A DNA stretch of 63,575 nt, the filler included, from Platydemus manokwari (taxonomy: Eukaryota): assembly GCA_037951405.1 (NCBI GenBank). It is 6 parts of 6 records of this genome, joined end to end, with 100 filler letters (N's around TTAATTAATTAA, not from the genome) between each part and the next. Parts side by side here need not be neighbours in the genome. Positions count along the whole stretch, not along the records: positions 19,387 to 29,151 come from JBBMOY011207987.1; positions 29,252 to 44,963 come from JBBMOY011250318.1; 4 more parts are not named here. One strand, given 5' to 3'. Position numbers and translations under genes: made by a program. Positions 25,125 to 37,063 of the stretch are shown here, one piece after another; positions within the stretch are counted from its first letter, which is position 1; every line of letters begins with the position of its first letter. The notes under the pieces are model-generated. The model had not been told where the DNA came from. It made no database searches and saw only the letters and a program-made list of their open reading frames with translations.

Positions 25125-25420
25125 ATATCACTACTGTCTTTATCAGTCTCTATGGGCTCTTGATTGAGGCCACATGCATAATATACTTTATATTGATGTT
25201 TATTCACCTCTCACAGTCTTATTGTATGAAGGCAATACAATTTATTATTAATAAGCGATATCTTACCTCAAGATATTTACTGTACCTACTGACAATCTAC
25301 TCTAACTTATCCAACTCCTTTTCGGAGGCAAAGGTTGGGTTTCAATCCAAAATAGAAATGTTTATTTTTAAATGTTTGCAAAATAATATTACTTTATATA
25401 TAACATAAAAAGGAAATTTT
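25125..25420 (-). repeat. LTR-end fragment, homologous to 59870-60030
   Basis: ctactgtctttatcagtctctatgggctcttgattgaggccaca is shared with 59877-59920 and related to the Gypsy LTR 3' end. Confidence 0.55.
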
Positions 25421-25725
25421 AATAGTTGATGCGGTAACTAACGAAAATGGGAAATAATTTGATTTTGTTTGAATATTTTTTTATATTAGGACAACTGTGG
25501 AGCATCCGTATTAGAAAGATGAATAGTAAAGCTATAAATCTAAAAAATCCATAAAACAGATTTAGAAACTGAGGAGTAAAAGAATGATTAAAACAAGGAT
25601 TAATTTAAGGATTAATATAATTTTATTAGAAGCACAACAGATTTTAAAAAGCATTGTTATATTTTGATTTGGTTTTTAATTTATTATAACTAATTAACTT
25701 GTAATTCCTGACCCCAGAAGGCAGT

Positions 25726-26190
25726 GTAACAAAATGATGTCAACGATTTAAATTTATAATTTGTTGTCATGACTTTTAAGTTCACTTTCAATGCGTGTTT
25801 TATTAAATAGTAGCGGCTTACATGGCGACCACATATATTTATTCGATTCTGAGAAGATCAGTGACTGAAAATTATGGATAAAAAGAGGAATATATTATTT
25901 ATATATAAATATAATATAAAGAAGCTGTAGAAAAGATATAAAGGAGATACAAAGAGGATTATAAAGAAGATAATAGAATTAGAGATTTTTATTTAGCCAA
26001 ATATACTGAGTACTCAATAAAGAGAGGATTAATTATTAGTTTTTGGGTTTTATTTGAGTGAGATGTGACTGGTTGTTGAGTTGCTCGTTGTTTTTACCGA
26101 TCGAATTCTAAACAATCTGTTGTGTTTCGTATGAAGTAATGTAGGTTGCGATCTTATATATAAATATAGATATAATAAATAACAATAACA
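25726..26190 (+). mobile_element. Probable LTR (TGTAAC...TAACA)
   Basis: Preceded by ctgaccccagaaggcag, similar to the ctgacccccccagtag junction before the 32865 LTR. The first ~100 bp recur at ~26905-26985. Confidence 0.4.
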
Positions 26191-27408
26191 GGGGCTAACT
26201 GAAAAGTATAATCAATGATCGATACAAATACAATAAATAATTAACAGAGTGATTAATAAAATTGTATAAACACCGAGCTGGCGAAGTGTTGACTCACTTA
26301 ACCAGAAGGTACAATGAATAAAAACTTTGAAAAAGATAAGAGAAAAACAAAGGATTGATTACTTAATATCAAATCTTTGGATACGATATGAAACAATTAA
26401 CAATGCGGTTTATACCTCGGTGAATAAAGTCTGCTTCTGGCTAATGCTTCTCGCTGTGACTATTTTCGCTCTCTATTGCTATTCTATTTTGTACACTTGT
26501 TCCAACTATCTGGCTTCTTTTATACCACTTTTTGTTATGGTTTGAGCCAATAGCAATTTTTTCATATTTGGAATTTCAAAATCATATTTTTATTTCCTGT
26601 TCTATTTTTGCAATTATTAAATTCAATTTTTAGTTTCTTGCATTTTTCGTTCTATTTTTATAATTATATATTTCTATTTTTAATTGCAAGTTTATTTATA
26701 GGATTTTTATTTATGTGGTTATGTCTGTGGGTGTAACATGTTATTTGTCGTTGTGTGACTCACTGTGAATTCGGATCCTAACATAATAATAAAAATAAAA
26801 TTAAAGGTTTTAAAAGAAGATGTGCGAAAGTTTAAATGACTTAAATTTTTAAAGATTTAATTCAAATTTAATATATAAAATTATATTGATTCGTTTATAT
26901 AATTGTATTTAAATTTATAATTTGATGTCGTGATTTTTCAGTTCATTTACAATGTGTGCTTTATCAAATGGGCGCAGCTTACAGAAATAATGAACTAAAT
27001 TCGAAATTTATGTTGAGTTGACTTATAGAATTTTTCATTTTATTATGGTTTATTCTATAAAGCCTATCATATAAAGTGTCATAGAAATGAATATTTTGCT
27101 ACCCAATTCAGTTCAAGGTGTCCAATAATTTAATTCTATAGTTTTAATTACACGATACATCAAATTATTGGCTATACTATTAATTATACTGGGATTTTCA
27201 AATCCAAATAAACTGTACTCAATTATTAATTGTGAAATTCAAAAATTAAAATATCTCTGAAAAGAATTTTCTAAATTATTGTTTTAATTCCTCCATTTAA
27301 ATCATTATATAAGTGTTGATCAAACCATGTGTTGTCTATAATAAACCAATGGTATCATCTGTGATTGTAGAAAGAAAAAGAATTGAATCAATTGAAGAAT
27401 TTATAGGC

Positions 27409-27524
27409 CAGTGGTTTTTAATCAGTGCTCCGCTAGTACACTCCCGGGGTTCCGCAATTTCTAAATTTCTAAATTAGAACAACAAGCAAATAAACAACAT
27501 GTTAAATTCAATTTCAAATATCTA

Positions 27525-27561
<37 letters not shown>

Positions 27562-27751
27562 GTTATTATTATTATTATTATTATTATTTCATTAATATCT
27601 GTATTATTATTTGTATTTTTTTATAATTAGTTAGTGTCTAAATATACTACATTTAACATAATTAAACTCGCTACATTATAGCGCAAGTGTTCCTTGAACA
27701 AGAGGAATGTTTCCGTGGGTTCCTCTCCTGCACAGAAGTTGAAAACCACTG
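27409..27751. mobile_element. hAT (Charlie/MER5-like) MITE, 343 bp, containing a (TTA)n microsatellite
   Basis: TIRs CAGTGGTTTTTAA / TTGAAAACCACTG; 8-bp TSD ttataggc / ctataggc; (TTA)n at ~27527-27588. Confidence 0.9.
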
Positions 27752-29151
27752 CTATAGGCAAGTAAATCGATATATTTTTTATAAATTTTATGCTGATATT
27801 TGTAAAATATTTTAATTAAAATTTAAATTAAACTGATTTGTTTTAAACTGATAGTTTTTGCTAGCAAAAGTGAGTAATATCTCTCGAAAATGTGGGAAAA
27901 TTTGAATTTATTCAAAATGTTAAAAATTATAATAGTATTTGAAAAAATCACAACGCACAATAAATTGGAATAAATTAATTCAAAATATTGTGCACATACG
28001 AGCGTGAAAAATTTCCGATAGCCTAAACTAAAATAAATTATTAAAGTTTCAAAATTGTAATGGCAACATCATTCTTTAATAATTCCAAAAACAATTTCGT
28101 TGTCGCATAAACAAATTGTGGAAAATATTAACGTATTCACTGACATTATGGAATTGGGTTAATCGATTGAAGGAAGTGAATATTCCAGATTAGTATTTTT
28201 TTCAATTTTATTTTGTCTAAAGGTTTAAATACGCCAAAATATTTCTCACGAATTGACTGTTGTGTGTAATGGAATAAACTCGTAGATATATGTGAAATTT
28301 TGTTGAAAGAAAGTATTTCCAACAAATCGTAGATTTTAAAGTAGCAAATATCTACAATTCCTTACATTCTCTGAATAAATGAAAATTTTGAACGAATTAC
28401 AAGATATTATTATCCATTACGATTCAATTGTTGTTAATAATTTATGGCAATATATAATTTAAAAAGCAATTATAACAAATGCCACTGTTCGAGTGCTAAT
28501 TGATGCTATCGACCTCTACGTTAACCAAAAATAAAGAGTCAAAAGCAGATAATCACTTTATTTATTTTAAAAGAATCTTACGTTGCCATCTACATTTTAC
28601 TAACACGCACTGATCAGTGCTATACAAGAGCTTCCAAAACTAGGCACAACATTTCATAAAATACAAACTGAAACTTGAATCCATATATGTGTGTTACTGT
28701 ATCACAATGTCCCTTTTTCAAAGCACAATTTTCCATTTAAGTCATCTCTGCAGTGGCTTCTGCAGCGTTTAAATGTTGATTAAAATAAAAAAGGAGTAGA
28801 TGCCGGAAATTTTCATTTGTATCTGCTTGGCACTCTATTTGAATGAGGATAATGAAAGTGAAAGTTAGTCTAAAATCTTTTAAATAGCTAATTCAGAAGA
28901 ACTCGCTACATGTGGACATCATACACTTACTAACACCTTACAATTCCTAAATCTGAGAATGGAATTATAAATTTGTTTATTAATTGATTGAATGTTGAAT
29001 AGGATTGATGAGGAACTATAAACTATTAAAAGTTATTGCTAAAAATACAATAATTTAATTAAGTTTTATTGAACATCAGCTAAATGCCAGGGCAAATTAT
29101 AAAGTAACCGATATATTTCTTACAAATAAAAAGTGTTTTCTGGATTTATGA

Positions 29152-29251
29152 NNNNNNNNNNNNNNNNNNNNNNNNNNNNNNNNNNNNNNNNNNNNTTAAT
29201 TAATTAANNNNNNNNNNNNNNNNNNNNNNNNNNNNNNNNNNNNNNNNNNNN
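29152..29251. other. Artificial contig spacer
   Basis: 44N-TTAATTAATTAA-44N. Confidence 0.97.
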
Positions 29252-29256
29252 CAGAC

Positions 29257-30880
29257 ATGTCTAAACCATTTATAGTAATGACAGATGCGAGTAATGAGGC
29301 ATTAGGAGCAGTATTAGGACAACAAGAGGAAGATCAACCAGATCATGTCATTGCGTATGCAAGTAGATCATTAAAAGGAGCAGAAAAGAATTACTCCACT
29401 ATAGAGAAAGAGTGTTTAGCTATAATTTTTGCGTTAAAAGAATTTCGACAATACATTTATGGTACAGAAATAATACTCAAAACTGATCATAAGCCGTTAG
29501 AAAGTCTAATGAAGCATAGAGATACCAGTAGTAGATTAATTAAATGGGAATTAAAATTACAAAACCTTAACATCAAAATAATATATAGGACAGGAAAATC
29601 CAATGCAAACGCTGACAAAATGTCTAGGATACCAGAAAAATCTGAAAAGAAATTATTAGAAATCAATGCCGTAAACACATTTGTAAGAGCAGTTAATACC
29701 AAAACTGATATACAAGAGATAGAGAAAGAACAAAAAAAGGAGAGTGAAATAATAAAAATAAGATGGTTAATAGAAAGAGATAAAGACAGCGAAAGAGTAA
29801 AAGGATATAAGTTAAGTAATAAAAGTATATTGACTTATCGTGAAGAAAATTTAGTCGTTGTACCTAAAAATCTAAGGGAGCCACTATTGCTTTCATACAA
29901 TGACGGAGCATTAGGAGGTCATTTGTCTAAAAGAAAAACATATAGCAAGTTAAGATGCAAATATTACTGGAACGATATGAAAAATGATGTAAATAAATGG
30001 TGTAAACAATGTTCACTATGCGCAACTAGGAAAAATACAGAGAAAGTAAGAAAAGTACCATTAAAACCATTACCACCAGTGGAAAGACCCATGGAAATGT
30101 GTGCGATGGACGTGATGGGACCATTGCCAGTAACTGAAAAGGAAACAAGTACATCATAGTATTCTGTGATTACTTCACCAGAATGTCACTCGCATTTCCT
30201 AGCTAAATTACTAGTTGAAAAAATAATATTCCAATATGGAGCACCCAGCAAATTATTAACTGATAGAGGCAAAGACTTCTTAAGTAATGTCATAAAGAAG
30301 GTTACTGAATTATTTAAAATCAAGAAAATCAATACATCTCCATATAGACCGAAAACAGACGGATTAGTAGAGCGTTATAATCAAACACTCCAAAATATGT
30401 TGTCAAATTTTGTCAATAAAAAACAAACTAATTGGGATGAACATATAAAACCATGTACGTTCGCTTATAACACAGCAATAAATGAGACAACGGGATATTC
30501 ACCGTTTTATCTAATGTATATGAGAGAGACATATTTGCCCATAGATCTGGAATTTTTGCCACAAACATCACAATTAATGGATGAGAAAGAATATGTTAAC
30601 ATAATGAAAGAAAGATTAGGAGAGACGTACCAACATGCACAGTTAAATTTAAAGTTCAAGCAAGAGTAATATAAGGACTATCATGATAAGAAAGCGTATA
30701 ATCATGGATTTAAGATAGAAGATAAAGTCAGAATTTATGCACCCGAAGTTAAAAAAGGAATATCACTAAAATTACAAAGACCATATAAGGGACCTTATGA
30801 AGTAGTTAAAGTGACTGACACAAATTTGTTCATCAAAAAGAAAAAGAATGAAGATCCATCAGTATTAACACGTAAGAAGA
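29257..30880 (+). pseudogene. pol: Gypsy pol (RNase H-integrase) with frameshift and stop
   Basis: ORFs 29257-30159 and 30166-30669, plus read-through past the stop to KLQRPYKGPYEVV. Confidence 0.9.
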
Positions 30881-31630
30881 AATCAAGATAAGCAAGAAAG
30901 TAAAATAAAATCAATAAGTAGGATAGGAAAAATTATAATAATTTCTCTAATAATTACTTTGATGATAAGACCAGTTAAATGTTTTAATGGAACTGATAAG
31001 TTCAATAGTTCTGTTTTAAACAATGAAACCACATCACCAGTTAAAATCATTACAACAACAATTAGTGCTATGAAAGAAATCATGGAACCAACATGCAAAA
31101 TAAGAAAAGAATTCATCTTGCCATATTTCATAACAATAGAAAACAATAGGGCAATAATAAATTGTCAGCAGCAGTGTAATTGGAGGAAACTTAGATATTT
31201 AAAAGAAGTATGGGTAAAAAATGAAACAAATAAGATAGAATTTGTAGTAAAATGTCATCAAGGAAGTGGTGAGAAATGTAAATAAGAAAGATTAGAAGAA
31301 ATAACAATAATAGGAAAATGGGAAGAGTCAATAGGTGAAGAATGGAGAGTTAATTTCTTGATATTGATACAGTTAACATGTACCGCAATAACAACAATTG
31401 AAGTCATAGGTCATACAAGAGCAATAATAAAAGAAATGAAACCGAGTACAAATGAATGGAAATTCAAAGCCCCAAAAGCTAAGAAGGAAATAATAGGAAT
31501 TTCATGGAGTCCATACACCAATAAGATAACATACCATTTAATAGCATTAACCGGAATAGTAGCTAAAATTGTAACAAATGAAGGAAAAGAAATTAAGCTA
31601 AAAAACACCTTACCATCCAAGACAATCAAA
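30869..31630 (+). pseudogene. Env-like / secreted-type accessory segment following integrase
   Basis: HVRR...SRIGKIIIISLIITLMIRPVKC (hydrophobic signal/TM-like), N-glycosylation sequons NGT, NSS, NET, NET and several Cys. ORFs 30959 and 31358 are in one frame, split by a single TAA. Confidence 0.45.
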
Positions 31631-31639
31631 CTAACAAGA

Positions 31640-32190
31640 TTAGGAATACATGATATATCATTCATACAATGTTATGCGAATCCTCATACATCAAAATGCA
31701 ATTGTGAAAAAAGTTTTAAATACTGTACAACTAATAGAGATAGGTTGATAATTAATATCCCGGATTGGAAAACATCAAAAATCATCAGTGATGAAAAAGA
31801 AATAGGAAATAGGAAGTAGAAAGAGATAATGCATTATAGGCAGAGAGTGAGTGAATGGAATAAGAGAAACACGTATTGCGAGGATCAATTGATTCTGAAG
31901 AAATAAGCCAGGAGATCATCAAACTTGTTCACGGAAAAATCATAGTTGGATATGATTTAAAAAGAAAGCTAAAAGCTTTATCCATCTTCATGGAAGAAAT
32001 AATGGGAGTTCGTGATATTAAAGGAGCCCAGACAGTCAAGGAGATCATGAGAGAAAACAGTGTACAGCCAAGTGACGATATCAAAAAGATCTACGAGGGG
32101 ATAATTGGTAGAAAAATGCCACAGTGTGGAAATTTAGATGACGAGATATAGGCAACAGTATCAATATACAAGTTCATAAGTGAAAAATGC
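31640..32190 (+). pseudogene. DEDDh 3'-5' exonuclease-like domain (REX4/ISG20/PAN2 type) within the Gypsy polyprotein
   Basis: Frameshift-corrected HYRQRV(N)GIRET.LRGSIDSEEISQEIIKLVHGKIIVGYDLKRKLKAL...VRDI...IKKIYEGIIGRKMPQ...ATVSIYK parallels the REX4 pattern DYRT.VSGI....L......VQ.EV..LL.G.ILVGH.L.ND...L...RDT...SL..L...LG..Q...AAM.LY. Confidence 0.7.
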
Positions 32191-32347
32191 ATTGATCACA
32201 CCGAGAACAATGAGGACAGAAGATATAAGATCAAGATTCAAAAAGAAGAAGATAATATGATGACGGCAGAAAAAGAATTCCCAACAGAAAAATCAAATCA
32301 GATCAAGTGAAGGAGTATGGGAACTGAAATCATCTAGAGAATGTCAG

Positions 32348-32878
32348 TTGAGCAATAAACGAAACAAATTCTGGAGTAAAACCATGAAAGAATTCTGTCA
32401 AATGAGAGCCAACAGAATTGAGAAGGGCGAGATAATAAATCATTGTAACGATTCGAAAATTCAGGATAAGACTGATGACATGTTAATGGATGAAAATGAA
32501 AATGAGATAGAATGCAGTGAGTATGAATTAACATCGGAGGACGAGCGCAATTTGGAACAGTTATGGCTGGAAGCAATGATTGAGGAGGAAATAAACCGAG
32601 AAAGAAATCAGCAGGAATTCGAGGAAATCTGGCAGGATGCTGAGGAGTTCATCAGAGAAGAAAAGGAAAAAGAAATTGTCAGAAATTCTGTCCTGAATCC
32701 TTTTGCAAAGGAATTTGTCCCGACACGGTTACAGGAAAATGAGGAAAAATCAGTCAATGAAAAATCTATGAGGAAGAGAAGAGTACCAGATAATTTAGAT
32801 GATCAATCTTCAGAAGCAAAGAAAAGCAAGCATGAGGACATGCTTTTTCTGACCCCCCCAGTAGTGTTGGGGTTCTGA
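32348..32878 (+). CDS. Acidic C-terminal accessory ORF with PAM2 motif (PAIP2-like)
   Basis: Glu-rich LEQLWLEAMIEEE...EFEEIWQDAEEF followed by SVLNPFAKEFVP (32687-32722), a canonical PAM2 (LNPxAxEFVP). The stop codon lies inside the LTR. Confidence 0.65.
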   Translation: MSNKRNKFWSKTMKEFCQMRANRIEKGEIINHCNDSKIQDKTDDMLMDENENEIECSEYELTSEDERNLEQLWLEAMIEEEINRERNQQEFEEIWQDAEEFIREEKEKEIVRNSVLNPFAKEFVPTRLQENEEKSVNEKSMRKRRVPDNLDDQSSEAKKSKHEDMLFLTPPVVLGF

Positions 32879-34042
32879 CACTTTAACAATCTAAAAACTG
32901 ATAATACTGTTTAAATGTATAAATGTATTGAAAAAAGTGTATCAATGTATATGTAAATTTTTATAATTAATTTTTATAAATTTGGTGAATTGAAATATGT
33001 GACATTTATTGATGCCTCAAGTCAATAAATAATTCAGCACGCAATAATAGTGACAGTTTGTACATCGCATTGTAGCGTTAATTTAATGACAAATTCTGGA
33101 ATAAATATTATTATGTAACATTATATTATATATCTTTATCGGTAAAAATAAAGGAAATAAAATATATTTAAAATATATATTAAATGATTTGAGGACAAGC
33201 AGGAGACATAGGGGAATTTTAAGTGAATTTTATAAATAATTAATAGGGAATATTTTTCATAAAATCAACACCCAATATTTTAATCAAAGGGAATTAAAGC
33301 GCCGACATTCAAACAGTATAAACGGAGACCCGAACATCATAATTCGCCCATTTTAAGAAACCACTAGTTTGTGTAAGAAGATTTACGAAGCCCACAATTT
33401 GATTGTAAGAAGACAAATTGCCATAAGGAGAAGCCACAAGTTTATGCCATTCGAATATTTTCTGTTTTGTCATCAAATCAAAGTGAGTTCGATCGTATAT
33501 AAAATCATCATCACTATTATATATAGTATTTCGTTTAACATCCTACTATCGAGTTTTATCTCAAACATCTTGCGGTAAGGTTCTGTTTCTAGAGTTGAAA
33601 CAAGCAACCGTGTACTTTCCTGAATTTGTAAGGTCATTCGTCTAGGATATTGTATTAAGTGTATATTGTAGTTTTAAACATTGAATTGTATTGTTGTATA
33701 ATTGTAATCATTTGTATCATCAATAAACGTTATTGTAAACGGAAAATTGTGTTGTTGATCGAATAGGATATAGGATAGGATTGTTGAATAATTTGAGACT
33801 GATTGAGACTGATAATTGTAAAATAGTTTTAATAAAGTTAATAATTGGATCTTTGCTGCCTATCATACTATCTCCATATAGTATTGATAGTGAGGTGAAA
33901 AGAGAAGACAATAAATTAGGGTTTAATTCGTATACCTTAAGGGGTTGGTCAGAGCTCACGGAGACTGATCAAGTCAGCACTGATCCACAAACTAATTGAA
34001 TATAGAGACTGATAAAAAATTAAATCCAGCAACCCCAAAACG
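32865..34042 (+). repeat. 3' LTR of the Gypsy element (~1.18 kb)
   Basis: Starts TGTTGGGGTTCTG and ends CAGCAACCCCAAAAC(G), an imperfect terminal inverted repeat. TATAAA near 33317. Confidence 0.7.
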
Positions 34043-34954
34043 AATAGGTTAAACGTCCATGTTATTAGCTAAATCTTTGAAGGCATCAGTAAGTCTTCCA
34101 ATGAAACTGTTAGGAAAAAATAGATTGAGTGGTACTCTATTCAGGTAGAAAAAATTATAGTGTTCCAGAAGACGAAAAAAATTCCACTGACAATCAGCCC
34201 ATATAAATTATAGACAGAAAAAAATGGCAAAATAGAGTCGGTAAGATATGCAACCACATCTAAAAAGTATGGATTATCAAACAAGGAATACGATAAAAAG
34301 ATTTCAAAAAAGGTCACTAAAAATAGTAGCAGGAGCTCATTGTGAAAAAAGGTTACGAGGAAAAGAAAAAGACTTAGGGAATGAAGAACTGGAGTCTTGA
34401 CCCCGCTGAAGTTATAACCAATGTTCAACCATTGATGACCTTCGAATTCCAAATCCAATCAGTTTCAGCCCAAAGTATTTTAGTAAAACACTGCACACAT
34501 TAAAATTTTTATTTTAAGATCTAATATTTTTCCCCAATATTAAAATAATTTTGTAATTATTCACCATGTAATAAAACATGAACGTTGGGGAAAAATCAAA
34601 ATTAACATACTTTTAGTATAAATAAACCCATACCAATACAACACGTCAGAATTTAAATGTTAAAAATAGTATCCAGTTGTATACCTTATAAATGCTAGTT
34701 AAGTTCAAGTATAACATTGACATATAGTCAGATTAACAAAGTTAAACGCAAATTTTAATTTTGTAATAATTTTTATGATGTGGCCCGTAAGATAAATTTT
34801 CCATGAACCTGTCCATGGAATTATAGTAGAAACAGCTGTATTTATTTAAAAATTAAACGAAGATATAAAATTCTAATCTTATATATTTTATTAAATGATA
34901 TTTTGAGCGTTCACTGACTAGATTTGGTATTTTTTGACTTTAAATTATATTTTC

Positions 34955-37063
34955 TCAAGTCTTTATTGAAGTATATTGCTTTTTGTTCATTAAGCAATTT
35001 CTACAAACCGGAAGCGAACAATATACACACGAATGATAGTATTCCTTGAAGCATGATAGACACAAATAATCAAAACAGTTGCTACAAAAGTAAGTCTCAG
35101 ACATTTTACGAATAACTGTCTCACAATTTATGCACTTATTTTCAAGTTTCACTTTTGAACTGTCAAAATTCCCGTGGTGTATCTGATGCTCTAAATCTTG
35201 AATGATAGATTTCCTAATTTCTCTATTATTTAAATTCATTAAACTCATAGATTTATTATCATGTTCACTTAATTTTGGTTTATTCGTTTCTGAAATCATC
35301 GATTTTGATTTAAGTGCATTAATAGATTTCTTAGTTTTTTTCACCAGACCACTGAAAAATCCAAATTTGAAGAAAGAGAATCTCTTTTTATCTGGTCCTT
35401 TAGGACTTGCAACTTTTTCAGAGTTTTCTTCGTTATGTTTTTTCTTGGCAGTAGGTCTGGAAATATTGGAATTGTCAAAATTGTCAGCACTCTCAATATT
35501 TTCTATTTCTGTTTTGTTTTCATAATCATAAATGGAAGGTGATTGAACATTAATTTGTACCTCGGGATAATAAACATATTTCCAAAATACAAATTTAGAT
35601 GCTACGATTGGATTATTAATTACGGGAATAATATTATTCTTATTATAATTTTGGTTAAGATAATCGAGAATACTATGCCTGATATAACCCCATACTGAAT
35701 GACAATTTTGATGAACTTTCAAGGCCAATCTTTCTTTTTCACTACTGCCTATGAAAGTACCAAACGAACAGTCTTGAGACCATCGATGTAGATGCCTTAG
35801 CATCAGTTCATTGAACTGAAATTGATCAGGATAAATAATCATCAACTGGTAGACACAGTCTAGGAATTGAATAAATATTGGAGAAGTATCGGATTTCTTA
35901 GCATTACTCAATTGATTACAACGCTTTTTGAAGTTATGTCCAAATGCTAGAAAATCTTTTTCAATAATATCTTCAAATCCTTCAACAGTTCTGTAATAAG
36001 GATCAATTATAATTTGAGCTAAGGCACACAATTGAGATGTTCTATCCCAACCATCACTACAATGAACAACAACATTTTCTCCTCTTTTTAATTTTTTGAC
36101 GATGTAAAGTGACGATTTTAATAACAGTTTTATATGACGGGACCATTCACTGTTTTCGGCAGAAAAATTATTTCTTTCCTCCAAGTTTTCGTACTTTTTC
36201 AGTAATTTCTTCAAACTGGATCTCATAACATGAACGTTCTCAATTTGCAGAAATTCATAATCAATATTTTCATAGAATCTTGTGATTTCATAACCCATTC
36301 CTATTGCTCTATTAGTTAATGCATTCAACTTTGGTCTTGCATCTAATACATGGAGGACATTTGTATTCTCTTTCAAAGCAACGTCTTTAATTCTTTTCAG
36401 CAATGCAATATCATCATTACACTTTTTCCCAAATCCTGTAAATGGTTGGCTGCATCGACATAGAGCTGAACCTTTGGCAGCATAGTAATAAGTAAGTGCG
36501 GGAAATCTGTTTCGACTGCGATAATTTGCAGATCCTTGCACACGAGATTTGGAAATACCTTGAGGGATGAAAATCACTGATGGATAACTGTCCGAGATTT
36601 GATAATTTTCATTGATATCTGAATATTGCCACTGATCATTTGGTAAACCCATTCTCTGGAAACTTTGTTCCAGTCTATTTTTTGGATGAATCCAACCAGT
36701 AGCTTGATCACGATAATCGTAGTTCGATAAAAGGCACGGGAGCTTATTGTATTGGTCAATATGTTCCGTGAGATATGTCAAAATTTGTTTCAGGCTTTCA
36801 CAGATCTTTATTATTTCGATTTTAAATTCAAATCGACGAAAATCTTTCAGCTTAACATGGAAGATATTTTTATTATCATTGATTGAAGTAAATTTAACGG
36901 ATTTAATTATATTTATGTTAATTCTAATAACTTTACTTAATTCTTCAGAAAAGAAACTCAAATAGTTTATAGAAACATGTAATCTACCGGGAATCACGAA
37001 TAGAGGGGAATTCTTCACTATCAGGTCAACATTTTCGATTTTAGAGAGTGCTATGTATTCCAT
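34955..37063 (-). CDS. Myotubularin-related phosphoinositide 3-phosphatase (MTMR6/7/8-like), intronless, 702 aa, C-terminal FYVE-like Cys cluster
   Basis: PH-GRAM-like N-terminus, YRSRNRFPALTY, LCRCSQP, DARPKLNA, active-site VHCSDGWDRT, SPIFIQFLDCVYQL, and a C-terminal series of CxxC motifs. Confidence 0.95.
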   Translation of the reverse strand: MEYIALSKIENVDLIVKNSPLFVIPGRLHVSINYLSFFSEELSKVIRININIIKSVKFTSINDNKNIFHVKLKDFRRFEFKIEIIKICESLKQILTYLTEHIDQYNKLPCLLSNYDYRDQATGWIHPKNRLEQSFQRMGLPNDQWQYSDINENYQISDSYPSVIFIPQGISKSRVQGSANYRSRNRFPALTYYYAAKGSALCRCSQPFTGFGKKCNDDIALLKRIKDVALKENTNVLHVLDARPKLNALTNRAIGMGYEITRFYENIDYEFLQIENVHVMRSSLKKLLKKYENLEERNNFSAENSEWSRHIKLLLKSSLYIVKKLKRGENVVVHCSDGWDRTSQLCALAQIIIDPYYRTVEGFEDIIEKDFLAFGHNFKKRCNQLSNAKKSDTSPIFIQFLDCVYQLMIIYPDQFQFNELMLRHLHRWSQDCSFGTFIGSSEKERLALKVHQNCHSVWGYIRHSILDYLNQNYNKNNIIPVINNPIVASKFVFWKYVYYPEVQINVQSPSIYDYENKTEIENIESADNFDNSNISRPTAKKKHNEENSEKVASPKGPDKKRFSFFKFGFFSGLVKKTKKSINALKSKSMISETNKPKLSEHDNKSMSLMNLNNREIRKSIIQDLEHQIHHGNFDSSKVKLENKCINCETVIRKMSETYFCSNCFDYLCLSCFKEYYHSCVYCSLPVCRNCLMNKKQYTSIKT

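Larger units (their letters stand above)
29252..34042 (+). mobile_element. 3' half of a Ty3/Gypsy LTR retrotransposon with long accessory extension and 3' LTR
   Basis: RNase H (TDASNEALGAVL...YASRSL...EKECLAI...TDHKPL), integrase zinc region (GGHLS...CSLC), rve core (MDVMGP...TDRG...GLVERYNQTL), GPY motif, then extra domains and an LTR. Confidence 0.93.
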
